Shown piece after piece: positions 10,144 through 18,585 of a stretch of 42,704 nucleotides of DNA. The stretch's first letter is position 1. Each line of letters opens with the position of its first letter. The stretch is from an uncultured Nitrososphaerota archaeon (GTDB taxonomy: Archaea > Thermoproteota > Methanomethylicia > Nezhaarchaeales > WYZ-LMO8), in assembly GCA_964562935.1 (NCBI GenBank), contig CAZLVJ010000003.1:1-42704 (forward strand), read 5' to 3'. Under the pieces are notes generated by a model. That model was given only the letters and a program-made list of their open reading frames with translations, had not been told where the DNA came from and made no database searches. Both the position numbers and the translations under genes were made by a program.

Positions 10144-11412
10144 TTAAATTTCGCATACGGTTATTTCATCTACCGGCCATTTAGATAATACTTCCACTCC
10201 AGTCTCCGTTACATGGAGCATTTCCTCGATCCTCACCGCTTGTCCGTAGGGGTACTCGTAGCTCCTCTCCTCTGTCGGCCACAGGGTCTCTAGGGCTAAT
10301 GTCATCCCCGGCTCTAGCCTATCTGGGAAGTCTAAGGACCAAATCCTAGATATCACTGGCGTCTCGTAGAGGGCGAGACCTATGCCGTGGCCCCACTGCA
10401 TCAGGACTGCTGCATCCTCGTTCGGCCGCTTAGCGAGGCCCATCTCCTCTGCCCTCGGCCACTTCTCGGCTATGTCCTTGGTCGTCGCTCCAGGCTTGAT
10501 AGCTTTAATCGCGCTGTAGAGAAGGTCTAGAGCCTTCTGATACGCGTCCTTTTGGGCTTGCGTGGGCCTTCCGCAACTAAAGGTCCTGTAATAACAGGTC
10601 TTGTAGCCGTTGTACGATATGTTGCAGAGGGCCACGGCTATCAAGTCGCCAGGTCTTATCGCCCTGTCCGAGCACTGGATCGCCATGCCTTGAGACGTGT
10701 GCGGGCCAGAATTTATGTCAGGAGCCGAGGCCCAGTCTGCTCCAGCCATGTAGGCCGTGTAGGTAGCTATTGCTCGAAGCTCCATCTCCGTCGTCCCGGG
10801 TTTTATGGCCTCCTTAATCTTGGAGAATATAGCCTCGGCGATGCTCGCGGCCATCCTTAAGCACTCGACTTCGTCTCTGGTTTTTATCTTTCGGGCCTCC
10901 ATCATGGCTTTCGAACATTGCAGGGAAGTCTCTATATCGACTCTTTTCAACGAATTGATGACAGCAGGGACGTTGCTGTCTATGCCTAAAACTTCACCTG
11001 ACAATCCGTGCTCTTTAAGGCTGGCTTTTATTTGGTTCGCGAACTTTTCTAATTGCCTCTCATACACCCCTTCCGGTGTGCTGATAGCTAGATACGGCAT
11101 TATAGGAATGGCGTATTCCACTTTGCACCACGGGAGGGCCTGCTCCATGTAGTTCTTCCGCATGCCGGCCTCGTAGAGTATTGTTTTACCCTCCCTTGCA
11201 AGGAAGAGGGCGTATCGGTAACCAGAGACTCCGTGCCACATATGAACTCCGTCGCCGCCTCCAACATACCGCACGTTGTCGTTGTGGAGGAGCAACGCTG
11301 CCTCTAGGCCATACTTTTTACAAGCCATCTTGGCCCTTTCAACCCTTTCGCGCCTCATTCTATCCATGTTTATTCGCTCTTCCCAGTCCACAGCAATTTT
11401 GCCGAAGCTCAT
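10144..11412 (-). CDS. M24 (pita-bread fold) Xaa-Pro peptidase/creatinase-like hydrolase
   Basis: ARKIKT.DEVE, GY.TCYYRT, WGHGIGL..YE.P, LALET, VRIEE motifs. Confidence 0.82.
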   Translation of the reverse strand: MSFGKIAVDWEERINMDRMRRERVERAKMACKKYGLEAALLLHNDNVRYVGGGDGVHMWHGVSGYRYALFLAREGKTILYEAGMRKNYMEQALPWCKVEYAIPIMPYLAISTPEGVYERQLEKFANQIKASLKEHGLSGEVLGIDSNVPAVINSLKRVDIETSLQCSKAMMEARKIKTRDEVECLRMAASIAEAIFSKIKEAIKPGTTEMELRAIATYTAYMAGADWASAPDINSGPHTSQGMAIQCSDRAIRPGDLIAVALCNISYNGYKTCYYRTFSCGRPTQAQKDAYQKALDLLYSAIKAIKPGATTKDIAEKWPRAEEMGLAKRPNEDAAVLMQWGHGIGLALYETPVISRIWSLDFPDRLEPGMTLALETLWPTEERSYEYPYGQAVRIEEMLHVTETGVEVLSKWPVDEITVCEI

Positions 11413-11540
11413 TCCATCACCACACCGTAGTAGTGAGTAGTACCTAATGCTGCGTATTTATTGTTTATCGCGCATCTCGCCGTCGCAAGTCTTGACCTGA
11501 CCTACTTGGACTCCATAGTGCTAGGATCGCTTGCGCGCAA

Positions 11541-11551
11541 ACTTTAAAAAT
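11541..11551 (+). promoter_or_regulatory. Putative TATA box for the acyl-CoA ligase/lyase operon
   Basis: actttaaaaat about 35-40 nt upstream of ATG 11584 in a divergent intergenic region. Confidence 0.5.
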
Positions 11552-11583
11552 TGGCATTTTAATGTCTCTGCGGTCAGATCGCT

Positions 11584-12873
11584 ATGGTTAGGCTATTTGA
11601 GTACCAAGGAAAGCTCTTGCTGAAAAATGAGGGGATCTCGGTACCGCTCGGCGACGTCGCAACGACTCCGAAACAAGCTTATGAAATTGCGAGCAAGATA
11701 GGCAAGCCAGTGGTGATAAAGGCGCAAATTTGGGCCACTGGCAGGTTCAAGGCTGGCGGGATAAAGTTTGCAAACAATCCCTCTGAAGCAGAAAAAGTTG
11801 CGGCGGAGCTTCTTGGGAGCGAGATAAAGGGCTTTAGGGTCGAGAAGGTTTTAGTTGAAGAGAAGCTCGATATAGCAGAAGAATACTACGCAGGAGTGAT
11901 AATTGACGACTCGTACAGAGTCAAGGGGCCGGTCGCGATTTTCAGCGTCGCGGGCGGCGTCGACATCGAGGAGATCGCCGCGAAGAGCCCGGAGAAGGTA
12001 GTCACGGCCCAAGTCGACTTCTTTAAAGGCCTCCAGCTTGAAGACGCCAAGAACATGGTTTCGAAGTTCAATCTACCGTCAGAGATCCAACATCAAGTAA
12101 GCGAGGTGATATGCAACCTCTATAAAGTCTTTAGAAAGTACGACGCTCGAGCAGCCGAGATTAATCCGCTCGTCGTAACTAAGGATGGGAAAGTAGTCGC
12201 AGCAGACTGCCGCATTACGGTAGACGACTCTTCCGTTCATCGCCATCCGGAATTAGAAGTGGAAATACCGAGGGAGAGTAGCAGGATACTGACGGAGCTC
12301 GACAAGATCGCGTGGAAGATAGAGGAGAATGATTATCGAGGCGTGGCCTTCTTCATACAGCTCGTTCCGAAGATCGAAGGCGAAGGATGTATAGGCTTCC
12401 ACGGTATGGGCGGAGGGGCATCAATGCTCGCGGCGGACGCCTTGGTCAGGCACGGCTTTAAGCTCGCCAACTATGCGGACAGTAGTGGAAACCCGACGGC
12501 GTCAAAAGTGTACAGGTTAGCAAAGGTGATTCTCTCGCAACCTGGCATAGAGGCTTACTTCGCCGCCGACATAAACATATCGAGCCAGGAGATGTGGCAC
12601 ACGGCCAGAGGGCTTGCACGAGCTTTCAGGGAGGATTTGAAGGATAAACCCGGCTTCCCTGTGGTCATAATCTGGGGAGGGAACAAGGTGAAGGAGGCGA
12701 CGGAGATCCTAAGAGAGATGACGAAGGACCTGCCGATACGCCTCGAGATTTACGCTGAGGACCCTGTCAGCGGCCCTCACTACAACATCTACGACATAGA
12801 GCCCGTGATTAAACGCCTCAAAGAGCTCGTCGAAGAGTACAGGAAGATTAGGAAATCCAAGGGGGTGAGCTAA
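11584..12873 (+). CDS. ADP-forming acyl-CoA synthetase beta subunit (SucC/malate-CoA ligase-like, ATP-grasp)
   Basis: LFEYQGK, VVIKAQ..TGRFKAGG, LVEEKL, GGVDIEE, AEINPL, ANYADSSGNP; divergent from canonical SucC. Confidence 0.85.
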   Translation: MVRLFEYQGKLLLKNEGISVPLGDVATTPKQAYEIASKIGKPVVIKAQIWATGRFKAGGIKFANNPSEAEKVAAELLGSEIKGFRVEKVLVEEKLDIAEEYYAGVIIDDSYRVKGPVAIFSVAGGVDIEEIAAKSPEKVVTAQVDFFKGLQLEDAKNMVSKFNLPSEIQHQVSEVICNLYKVFRKYDARAAEINPLVVTKDGKVVAADCRITVDDSSVHRHPELEVEIPRESSRILTELDKIAWKIEENDYRGVAFFIQLVPKIEGEGCIGFHGMGGGASMLAADALVRHGFKLANYADSSGNPTASKVYRLAKVILSQPGIEAYFAADINISSQEMWHTARGLARAFREDLKDKPGFPVVIIWGGNKVKEATEILREMTKDLPIRLEIYAEDPVSGPHYNIYDIEPVIKRLKELVEEYRKIRKSKGVS

Positions 12874-12874
12874 A

Positions 12875-13168
12875 GTGATAGAGTTTGAAACGAGGACTGG
12901 GAAGGTAGTAATCGACGATTCGAAGTGCGTCAACTGCAAGACCTTTGCTTGCGTCAAGGCCTGTAGCTTATACGGCGCGCACCTCTTTAGGATAAACCTG
13001 AAGGCTAACAAGCCGGAGCCCATATACCCTCCAGAGGACCTGAAGCGAATGTGTACTGAGTGCTTGGCGTGCGAGCAAGAGTGTTTCCTGAGAGGGCTCG
13101 ATGCCGTAAGGATCGAGCTCCCGCTCTACGGCTTGGAAGAGTACCGCAAGAAGGTGGGGTTGTATTAA
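12875..13168 (+). CDS. Small ferredoxin-like 4Fe-4S protein
   Basis: CVNC...CVKAC and CTECLACEQEC motifs; tightly packed in operon. Confidence 0.75.
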   Translation: MIEFETRTGKVVIDDSKCVNCKTFACVKACSLYGAHLFRINLKANKPEPIYPPEDLKRMCTECLACEQECFLRGLDAVRIELPLYGLEEYRKKVGLY

Positions 13169-13194
13169 CACCATCAAGGTCATGGGGTGAGGTT

Positions 13195-14091
13195 ATGGCC
13201 ATACTCCTAGATGAGAACACGAGGGTACTAATTCAAGGGATCACCGGCCGAGAGGGCTCTGCGCGTGCTAGGTTCATGAGCGAGTACGGAACGAAGGTCG
13301 TCGCGGGAGTGTCTCCTGGCCGCGGAGGGACCGAAGTTTGGAGAATACCAGTGTACAACACCGTCGAAGAAGCGGTCAAGGAACGAGGACCGATAGACCT
13401 CAGTGTGACCTTCGTTCCAGGCCCCCTCGTGAAAAGCGCTGTTATTGAGGCCATCAACGCCGGGATAAAAACGATAGTTATGCCCGTCGAGCGAGTCCCG
13501 CTTCATGACATAATAGAGATGATACATCTAGCGAGGCAGAAGGGCGTCAAGATCATAGGCCCAGGCTCGCTGGGGCTCATAAGCCCTGAGAAGGCCGTCG
13601 CTGGATGGATCGGCGGGTCAGAGGAGCAAGCGAGGGTCGTGTTTAAGGCGGGTCCCGTCGGCATCATATCGAGAAGTGGCGGTCAGACCACAACTCTGTG
13701 CTGGGCCATAACGAAAGCGGGTTTGGGCGAGAGCACAGCGATACACGCAGGCTCTGAACCCATCGTCGGCATGAGCCCTGCCGAGCTTCTCCCGCTCTTT
13801 GAAAAGGACGAACAAACAGAGGCCGTCGTCCTCTTCGGCGAAATCGGGACAGTCGCGGAGGAGGAAGCCGCTGAGGTCATTAAGAGAGGAGAGTTCACGA
13901 AGCCTCTCGTCGCCTACATCGCAGGAAGAACGGCCCAGCCAGGAGTTCGATTCTCCCACGCCAGCGCAATCATAGAGCGCGGAAGGGGGTCGGCGGAAAG
14001 TAAGGTGAAGGCATTGAAAGAGGCGGGTGCGATCGTCGTGGATAGGCCTGACGAAATACCACTTATAGTGAAGAAAATCTTGAAGAGGTGA
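13195..14091 (+). CDS. ADP-forming acyl-CoA synthetase alpha subunit (SucD-like)
   Basis: MAILLDENTRVLIQGITG, ISRSGG, GEIG, FSHASAI (phospho-His); ATG 13195 follows GAGG. Confidence 0.88.
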   Translation: MAILLDENTRVLIQGITGREGSARARFMSEYGTKVVAGVSPGRGGTEVWRIPVYNTVEEAVKERGPIDLSVTFVPGPLVKSAVIEAINAGIKTIVMPVERVPLHDIIEMIHLARQKGVKIIGPGSLGLISPEKAVAGWIGGSEEQARVVFKAGPVGIISRSGGQTTTLCWAITKAGLGESTAIHAGSEPIVGMSPAELLPLFEKDEQTEAVVLFGEIGTVAEEEAAEVIKRGEFTKPLVAYIAGRTAQPGVRFSHASAIIERGRGSAESKVKALKEAGAIVVDRPDEIPLIVKKILKR

Positions 14092-15005
14092 GCGCCATGA
14101 GGCTATTGAGGTCTGTGCTCTTCACTCCCGGCAACAACATGAGAATGATACACAAGCTACCAACCCTCACGGCCGACGCAGTCATACTCGACCTAGAAGA
14201 CTCCGTCCCGATGGCTGAAAAGGACACGGCGAGGATCTTCATAAGGGACTCGCTGGACCTCCTAAGCACCGGGGTGTCGGACATCTACGTCAGGGTAAAC
14301 GGGCTAGCGACTGGCCTCACGGTTGAAGACTGCGAGTTTGTCGTGCAAAAAGGGATCACCGGCATAATGATTCCGAAGGTGGAGTCGCGAAATGAGGTGC
14401 TGGAGGTCGAAAAGATTATCGAAGAACTCGAGAGGAAGAGAGGCCTTGAACCCGGTTCTGTCGTCCTTATTCCGACGATCGAGAGCGCTAAAGGAGTCGT
14501 GAACGCTTATGAGATAGCCTCTGCTAGCAAGAGGGTCATAGCCTTAGGCTTCGGAGCCGTCGACTTCACCCGCGACATGGGCGTCTCCCTCTCTAAGGAG
14601 GGGACGGAGCTCTTCTTCGCTCGGTCTTATGTAGCCATCGCTGCGAGGGCCGCTGGGGTCTTAGCCATCGACACAGTCTTCACGGATATAGCCGACAGAG
14701 AAGGCTTAATCAAGGACGCGATGCTAGCTAAGCAACTTGGATTCAAAGGAAAGTTCCTGATACATCCAAGCCAAATAGAGCCGGTAAACCGCATATTCTC
14801 GCCCTCAGAAAAGGAGATAGAGTACGCCAAGAAGGTCGTGCAAGCCTTCAAAGAGGCCGAGGCGAGGGGGCTAGGAGCAGCTTCGCTCGAGGGAAGAATG
14901 ATAGACATAGCCGTCTATAAGCAAGCAGAGGACTTGCTAAAGTTGGCTGAGGCCATAGCCGAAAAGGAGAAGAGAATAAAGATGCGCCAGCAAAGCAGTG
15001 GTTAA
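14088..15005 (+). CDS. CitE/HpcH-family acyl-CoA lyase (citryl-/malyl-/citramalyl-CoA lyase-like)
   Basis: RSVLFTPG, ILDLEDSV, YVRVN, IPKVES, IESAKG, FGAVDF, GF.GK..IHPSQI. Confidence 0.9.
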   Translation: MSAMRLLRSVLFTPGNNMRMIHKLPTLTADAVILDLEDSVPMAEKDTARIFIRDSLDLLSTGVSDIYVRVNGLATGLTVEDCEFVVQKGITGIMIPKVESRNEVLEVEKIIEELERKRGLEPGSVVLIPTIESAKGVVNAYEIASASKRVIALGFGAVDFTRDMGVSLSKEGTELFFARSYVAIAARAAGVLAIDTVFTDIADREGLIKDAMLAKQLGFKGKFLIHPSQIEPVNRIFSPSEKEIEYAKKVVQAFKEAEARGLGAASLEGRMIDIAVYKQAEDLLKLAEAIAEKEKRIKMRQQSSG

Positions 15006-15007
15006 CT

Positions 15008-15898
15008 ATGGTAGATATAAGCGAAGTGATCTCGAAAACCGCTTACGAGCTTCTAAAGAGAGCTGCGACAAAGCTTCCTCAAGACGTCAAGCGGGCTCTG
15101 CAGAGGGCGTACGAAAACGAAAGCTCCCCCATCGGGAAGGCGCAATTAAGAGCTATGCTCGACAACGTTGAGATGGCTGAGAAGTACAACATAAGCATAT
15201 GCCAGGACACAGGGATACCACTATTTTTCGTGAAGTGGGGCCTGAAGTCGGGGCTGACCATCGACATTAGAAGGCCGATAGTAGAGGCCACCAGGAAGGC
15301 CACCCTCGACGTACCCCTGAGGCCCAACGTCATAAACCCGTTGACTAAGGAGAACCCTGGCACTAACGTCGGGTGGGGGATGCCCTACATTTACTACGAC
15401 TTGGATCCCGAAGCCGATTACATAGAGATAACGGCCGTCCCCAAGGGCTTCGGCTCTGAGGCCAAATCGACCCTCGTTTGGATAACGACGAGCGAGCCCA
15501 TACCTGAAGCCATAGTAAGGTGCGTCGTCGACAACACGGTGACGGCCATGGGGGAGCCCTGTCCTCCGACGATCGTCGGCCTGGGAATTGGGGGGACAGC
15601 TGACATCGCCCTGCACCTCGCTAAGAAAGCGATATTCAGAACCCCTCTTGGCTCGCCGCACCTAGATCCCGTCGTGGCGGAGCTTGAGCGAAGGGTGTTG
15701 AAGGCCTTGAACTCCACGGGGCTGGGACCGATGGCTATGGGTGGGGATACCACGTGCCTCGCGGTCCACGCCGAGATATGTGGCACCCACACGGCCGTCG
15801 TCCCGCTAGGAATAACCTACCAGTGTTGGGTCGCAAGGTATTCCACGGCCCGCGTTTACCCAAATGGCGAAGTGATCTATATTACGCATCCCGAGTGA
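15008..15898 (+). CDS. Class I Fe-S fumarate hydratase / L-tartrate dehydratase alpha subunit
   Basis: ICQDTG, PLRPN, PKGFGSE, PCPP..VGLGIGGT, GLGPMAMGG.TT, QCW..R. Confidence 0.9.
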   Translation: MVDISEVISKTAYELLKRAATKLPQDVKRALQRAYENESSPIGKAQLRAMLDNVEMAEKYNISICQDTGIPLFFVKWGLKSGLTIDIRRPIVEATRKATLDVPLRPNVINPLTKENPGTNVGWGMPYIYYDLDPEADYIEITAVPKGFGSEAKSTLVWITTSEPIPEAIVRCVVDNTVTAMGEPCPPTIVGLGIGGTADIALHLAKKAIFRTPLGSPHLDPVVAELERRVLKALNSTGLGPMAMGGDTTCLAVHAEICGTHTAVVPLGITYQCWVARYSTARVYPNGEVIYITHPE

Positions 15899-15919
15899 GC
15901 ACGAACAGGAGGTGATGGC

Positions 15920-16582
15920 ATGGACCAAGAAATCCGCTTGCCGGCGTCCGAAGGAGATGTGAGGAAGCTTAAAGTCGGAGACATCGTGTACGTAAGCGGT
16001 ATCGTTTACACAATGCGCGACATGGGGCACCGCCGAGCCGTCGAAATGATTAAGCGAGGAGAGAAGTTGCCCTTCGACTTAGAGAATGGAGCAATTTGGC
16101 ATTGCGGGCCCATTGCTAAGAGAGTCGACAACACTTGGGAGGTCGTGGCAGCTGGCCCAACGTCGAGTTCGAGATTCACGGAACTTGGTGCAGAGCTCGT
16201 GAGAAGGCAACGCGTGAGGCTCACTATAGGGAAAGGGACCATGGGCAAGAGCATGGTCGATGCATTGAAGGATGTGGGAGGCGTTTACTTGATCGCGACG
16301 GGGGGTTGCGCTGCTCTCTACGCAAAACAAGTCGTGAGGGTGGAGAACGTGTACTGGCTGGACCTAGGCATGCCGGAGGCCACGTGGGCATTGAGGGTGG
16401 ATAGGCTCGGCCCATTGGTTGTGGGAATAGATTCTCACGGGAACTCGCTGGAGCAGATGGTGCTCGAAAAGGTGCGCCAAAACGTGGGCGCCATTTATGC
16501 GAGGGAGAAGGTTGATCCGTCGAGGGGCTACGTCTGGTGGCCGAAGAAAATCCCTGGATCGATCGAATCGTGCAAGATATAG
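15920..16582 (+). CDS. Class I Fe-S fumarate hydratase / tartrate dehydratase beta subunit
   Basis: LKVGD.V..SG..YT.RD..H, HCGP, GPTSS.R, IGKG, LGMPEA, GID.HGNSL. Confidence 0.9.
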   Translation: MDQEIRLPASEGDVRKLKVGDIVYVSGIVYTMRDMGHRRAVEMIKRGEKLPFDLENGAIWHCGPIAKRVDNTWEVVAAGPTSSSRFTELGAELVRRQRVRLTIGKGTMGKSMVDALKDVGGVYLIATGGCAALYAKQVVRVENVYWLDLGMPEATWALRVDRLGPLVVGIDSHGNSLEQMVLEKVRQNVGAIYAREKVDPSRGYVWWPKKIPGSIESCKI

Positions 16583-16618
16583 TGAGCGCTGAAAATGAGT
16601 GAGAAAGAGGTGGACTAG

Positions 16619-17842
16619 ATGGAGCAACCTTGGCTATCAGATAAATGGTGGGTGAGCCCGCTCAACTTCGTTGACGAGGTCCGCTCCCAATTAAAGCTCC
16701 CTAAAAGGGTCCTCATCCACGACATTACCTTAAGAGACGGAGAACAACAAGCCGGAGTGACCTTCAACAAAGAGGACAAGATCGAGATCGCAAAGATGCT
16801 CGACGAGGTCGGGGTCCATAGGATCGAAGCTGGCATGCCAGCAGTTTCAAGCGAGGACAAGGAGGCAGTAAAAGCCATAGCCCGCATGGGGCTAAACGCC
16901 AAGGTGTTCTGCTTTGCGAGGTGCATGAAGCGCGATGTCGATCTGGCGTTGGAGTGCGACGTCGACGGAGTTGAAATGGAGATACCATCAAGCGAGCACC
17001 TCATAAGGTACGGATACGATTGGCCTCTCGAAAAGGCCATAGAGCTGGCCGTAGAAGCCACAAGCTACGCCGCCGAGCACGGGTTGCATGTAGCCTTCTT
17101 CACCATTGACGGTACGAGGGCCAACTTGGACTGGTGGTTCAAATTAGTGGGTAAGGTGGCGAGCGAGGGCCACATGGACTCTCTGGTCTTGGTCGACACA
17201 TTCGGAGTCTGTATGCCTGAGGCCATACGATACTTGACGAGAAAAGCTCGAGAGCAGTTCAGCGCCCCCATCGAGGTTCACTTCCACAACGACTTCGGGC
17301 TAGCTGTCGCGAACACCCTCGCGGCTGTTGCGGAGGGCGCTGAAATAGTCCACACGACCGTCAACGGTATAGGCGAGAGAATGGGGAACGCCGACTTAGC
17401 CGAAACGGCCTTAGCGCTAGAAGTGCTCTACGGCGTGAAGCTTGGCTTGGACTACAGCAAGCTGTACAAGCTGTCGAAGCTCGTCGAGAGGCTATCGGGG
17501 GTTAAGATGCCGTCGCACAAGCCAGTCGTCGGAGATGGAGTGTTCAGGGTCGAGTCGGGGATAATAGTGGGTTGGTGGAGGAACCTTGAAAGGCAAAGCA
17601 GACCACTGGTCATGTTCCCGTACCACTGGAGCTTTGTCGGTCAAAACGGCGTGGAGATAGTGCTCGGCAAGAAGAGCGGGAGGGACTCGATCCTGTACGT
17701 GCTCGAGAAGATGGGGGTCGACCCGACGACAGTGAATGTGGATAAGGTGCTGGAAGAGGTAAAGGTAGAGGCCATCAAGAGGAAGTCCCCCATCTCGAGT
17801 GAGGTCTTCAAACAAATAGTGGAAAAATATAGAATAAAGTGA
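16619..17842 (+). CDS. DRE-TIM metallolyase, homocitrate/citramalate/isopropylmalate synthase-like (no C-terminal regulatory domain)
   Basis: [42 protein letters not shown]. Confidence 0.87.
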   Translation: MEQPWLSDKWWVSPLNFVDEVRSQLKLPKRVLIHDITLRDGEQQAGVTFNKEDKIEIAKMLDEVGVHRIEAGMPAVSSEDKEAVKAIARMGLNAKVFCFARCMKRDVDLALECDVDGVEMEIPSSEHLIRYGYDWPLEKAIELAVEATSYAAEHGLHVAFFTIDGTRANLDWWFKLVGKVASEGHMDSLVLVDTFGVCMPEAIRYLTRKAREQFSAPIEVHFHNDFGLAVANTLAAVAEGAEIVHTTVNGIGERMGNADLAETALALEVLYGVKLGLDYSKLYKLSKLVERLSGVKMPSHKPVVGDGVFRVESGIIVGWWRNLERQSRPLVMFPYHWSFVGQNGVEIVLGKKSGRDSILYVLEKMGVDPTTVNVDKVLEEVKVEAIKRKSPISSEVFKQIVEKYRIK

Positions 17843-17871
17843 GCTGGGCGAATGACAAGACCGCTTTGCTA

Positions 17872-17891
17872 GCTTTTTCTCCTTTTTTCTC
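17872..17891 (+). terminator. Oligo-T terminator-like tract after the operon
   Basis: ctttttctccttttttct about 30 nt after the stop at 17842. Confidence 0.45.
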
Positions 17892-18392
17892 AATAAAATT
17901 CTCAATAAACTTGCTTGAAATGCGAGTACGCATTCACCTCGCAAGTCCATGACTGCTAACCCTCCACGTCCTTTTATCCTTAGGAAGCTGATACGAGTAA
18001 TCATTATTACTACCTTTACTATCTTACTACTATTAGCTCGTAGCTTGCCGCCAACCTTAGGCCTCTAACTTTTGATGGAGGTCAGGCAACACAGCCATCA
18101 TTTCATGTTTGACTCTACGAAAGCGCTTAGCCAATGAGGAGACGTGATGGGCGTGAGGCCTTTCGCTTTCCGATCGTGGCCATCGCGCCTTTAGCTCTAA
18201 CGAGGGTCAAGCAGGACTTCAGCTCAAGCTGATCGTGGCCATCTATTGCCTTTAGCCTGAACCCATAGCTCTGGCCGATGGGTGCTTTCGCGTTCTCGAA
18301 CTTCATCAAAGTCTATGAGGCCAACAGCTTCGAGAGCCCGAAGCGAAGCTTATTACGTCACTTACGGCTGGCTCGTGGGGAGAGGCTGAAAG

Positions 18393-18507
18393 TGGTGCGG
18401 GGGGTGGGATTCGAACCCACGAAGGCCTACGCCACGGGATCTCTCATCCGGCCTCCGCGCGAGTGAGATCTTAAGTCCCGCCCCTTTGTCCGCTCGGGAA
18501 CCCCCGC
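18393..18507 (-). tRNA. tRNA-Leu(TAA) with 29-nt intron and encoded CCA
   Basis: Acceptor GCGGGGG/CCCCCGC, anticodon arm CGGGA-CT-TAA-GA-TCCCG after intron removal, long variable arm, GTTCGAATC T-loop, ACCA end; 86 nt mature. Confidence 0.95.
18441..18469 (-). other. tRNA intron at canonical 37/38 position (BHB)
   Basis: Central helix CUUA/UGAG with 3-nt bulges AG|A and AG|A; removal restores the 7-nt anticodon loop. Confidence 0.9.
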
Positions 18508-18532
18508 TCTCAACGCAACTCTTTTGAGGGAG

Positions 18533-18540
18533 CTTAAAAA
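18533..18540 (-). promoter_or_regulatory. TATA box of tRNA-Leu
   Basis: TTTTTAAG on the minus strand about 26-33 nt upstream of the tRNA 5' end. Confidence 0.55.
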
Positions 18541-18585
18541 GCTTGATGTGGAGCGCGATCGCCTTTTATTGCCAGCCACAACACT

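Noticed and set aside
12754-12771. Small hairpin gctga..tcagc in the SucC-like C-terminus as a possible in-frame intron
   Set aside because: No BHB geometry around it and the reading frame is uninterrupted
18001-18036. TAC/TTAC low-complexity tract
   Set aside because: Short and imperfect; no structure or function supportable
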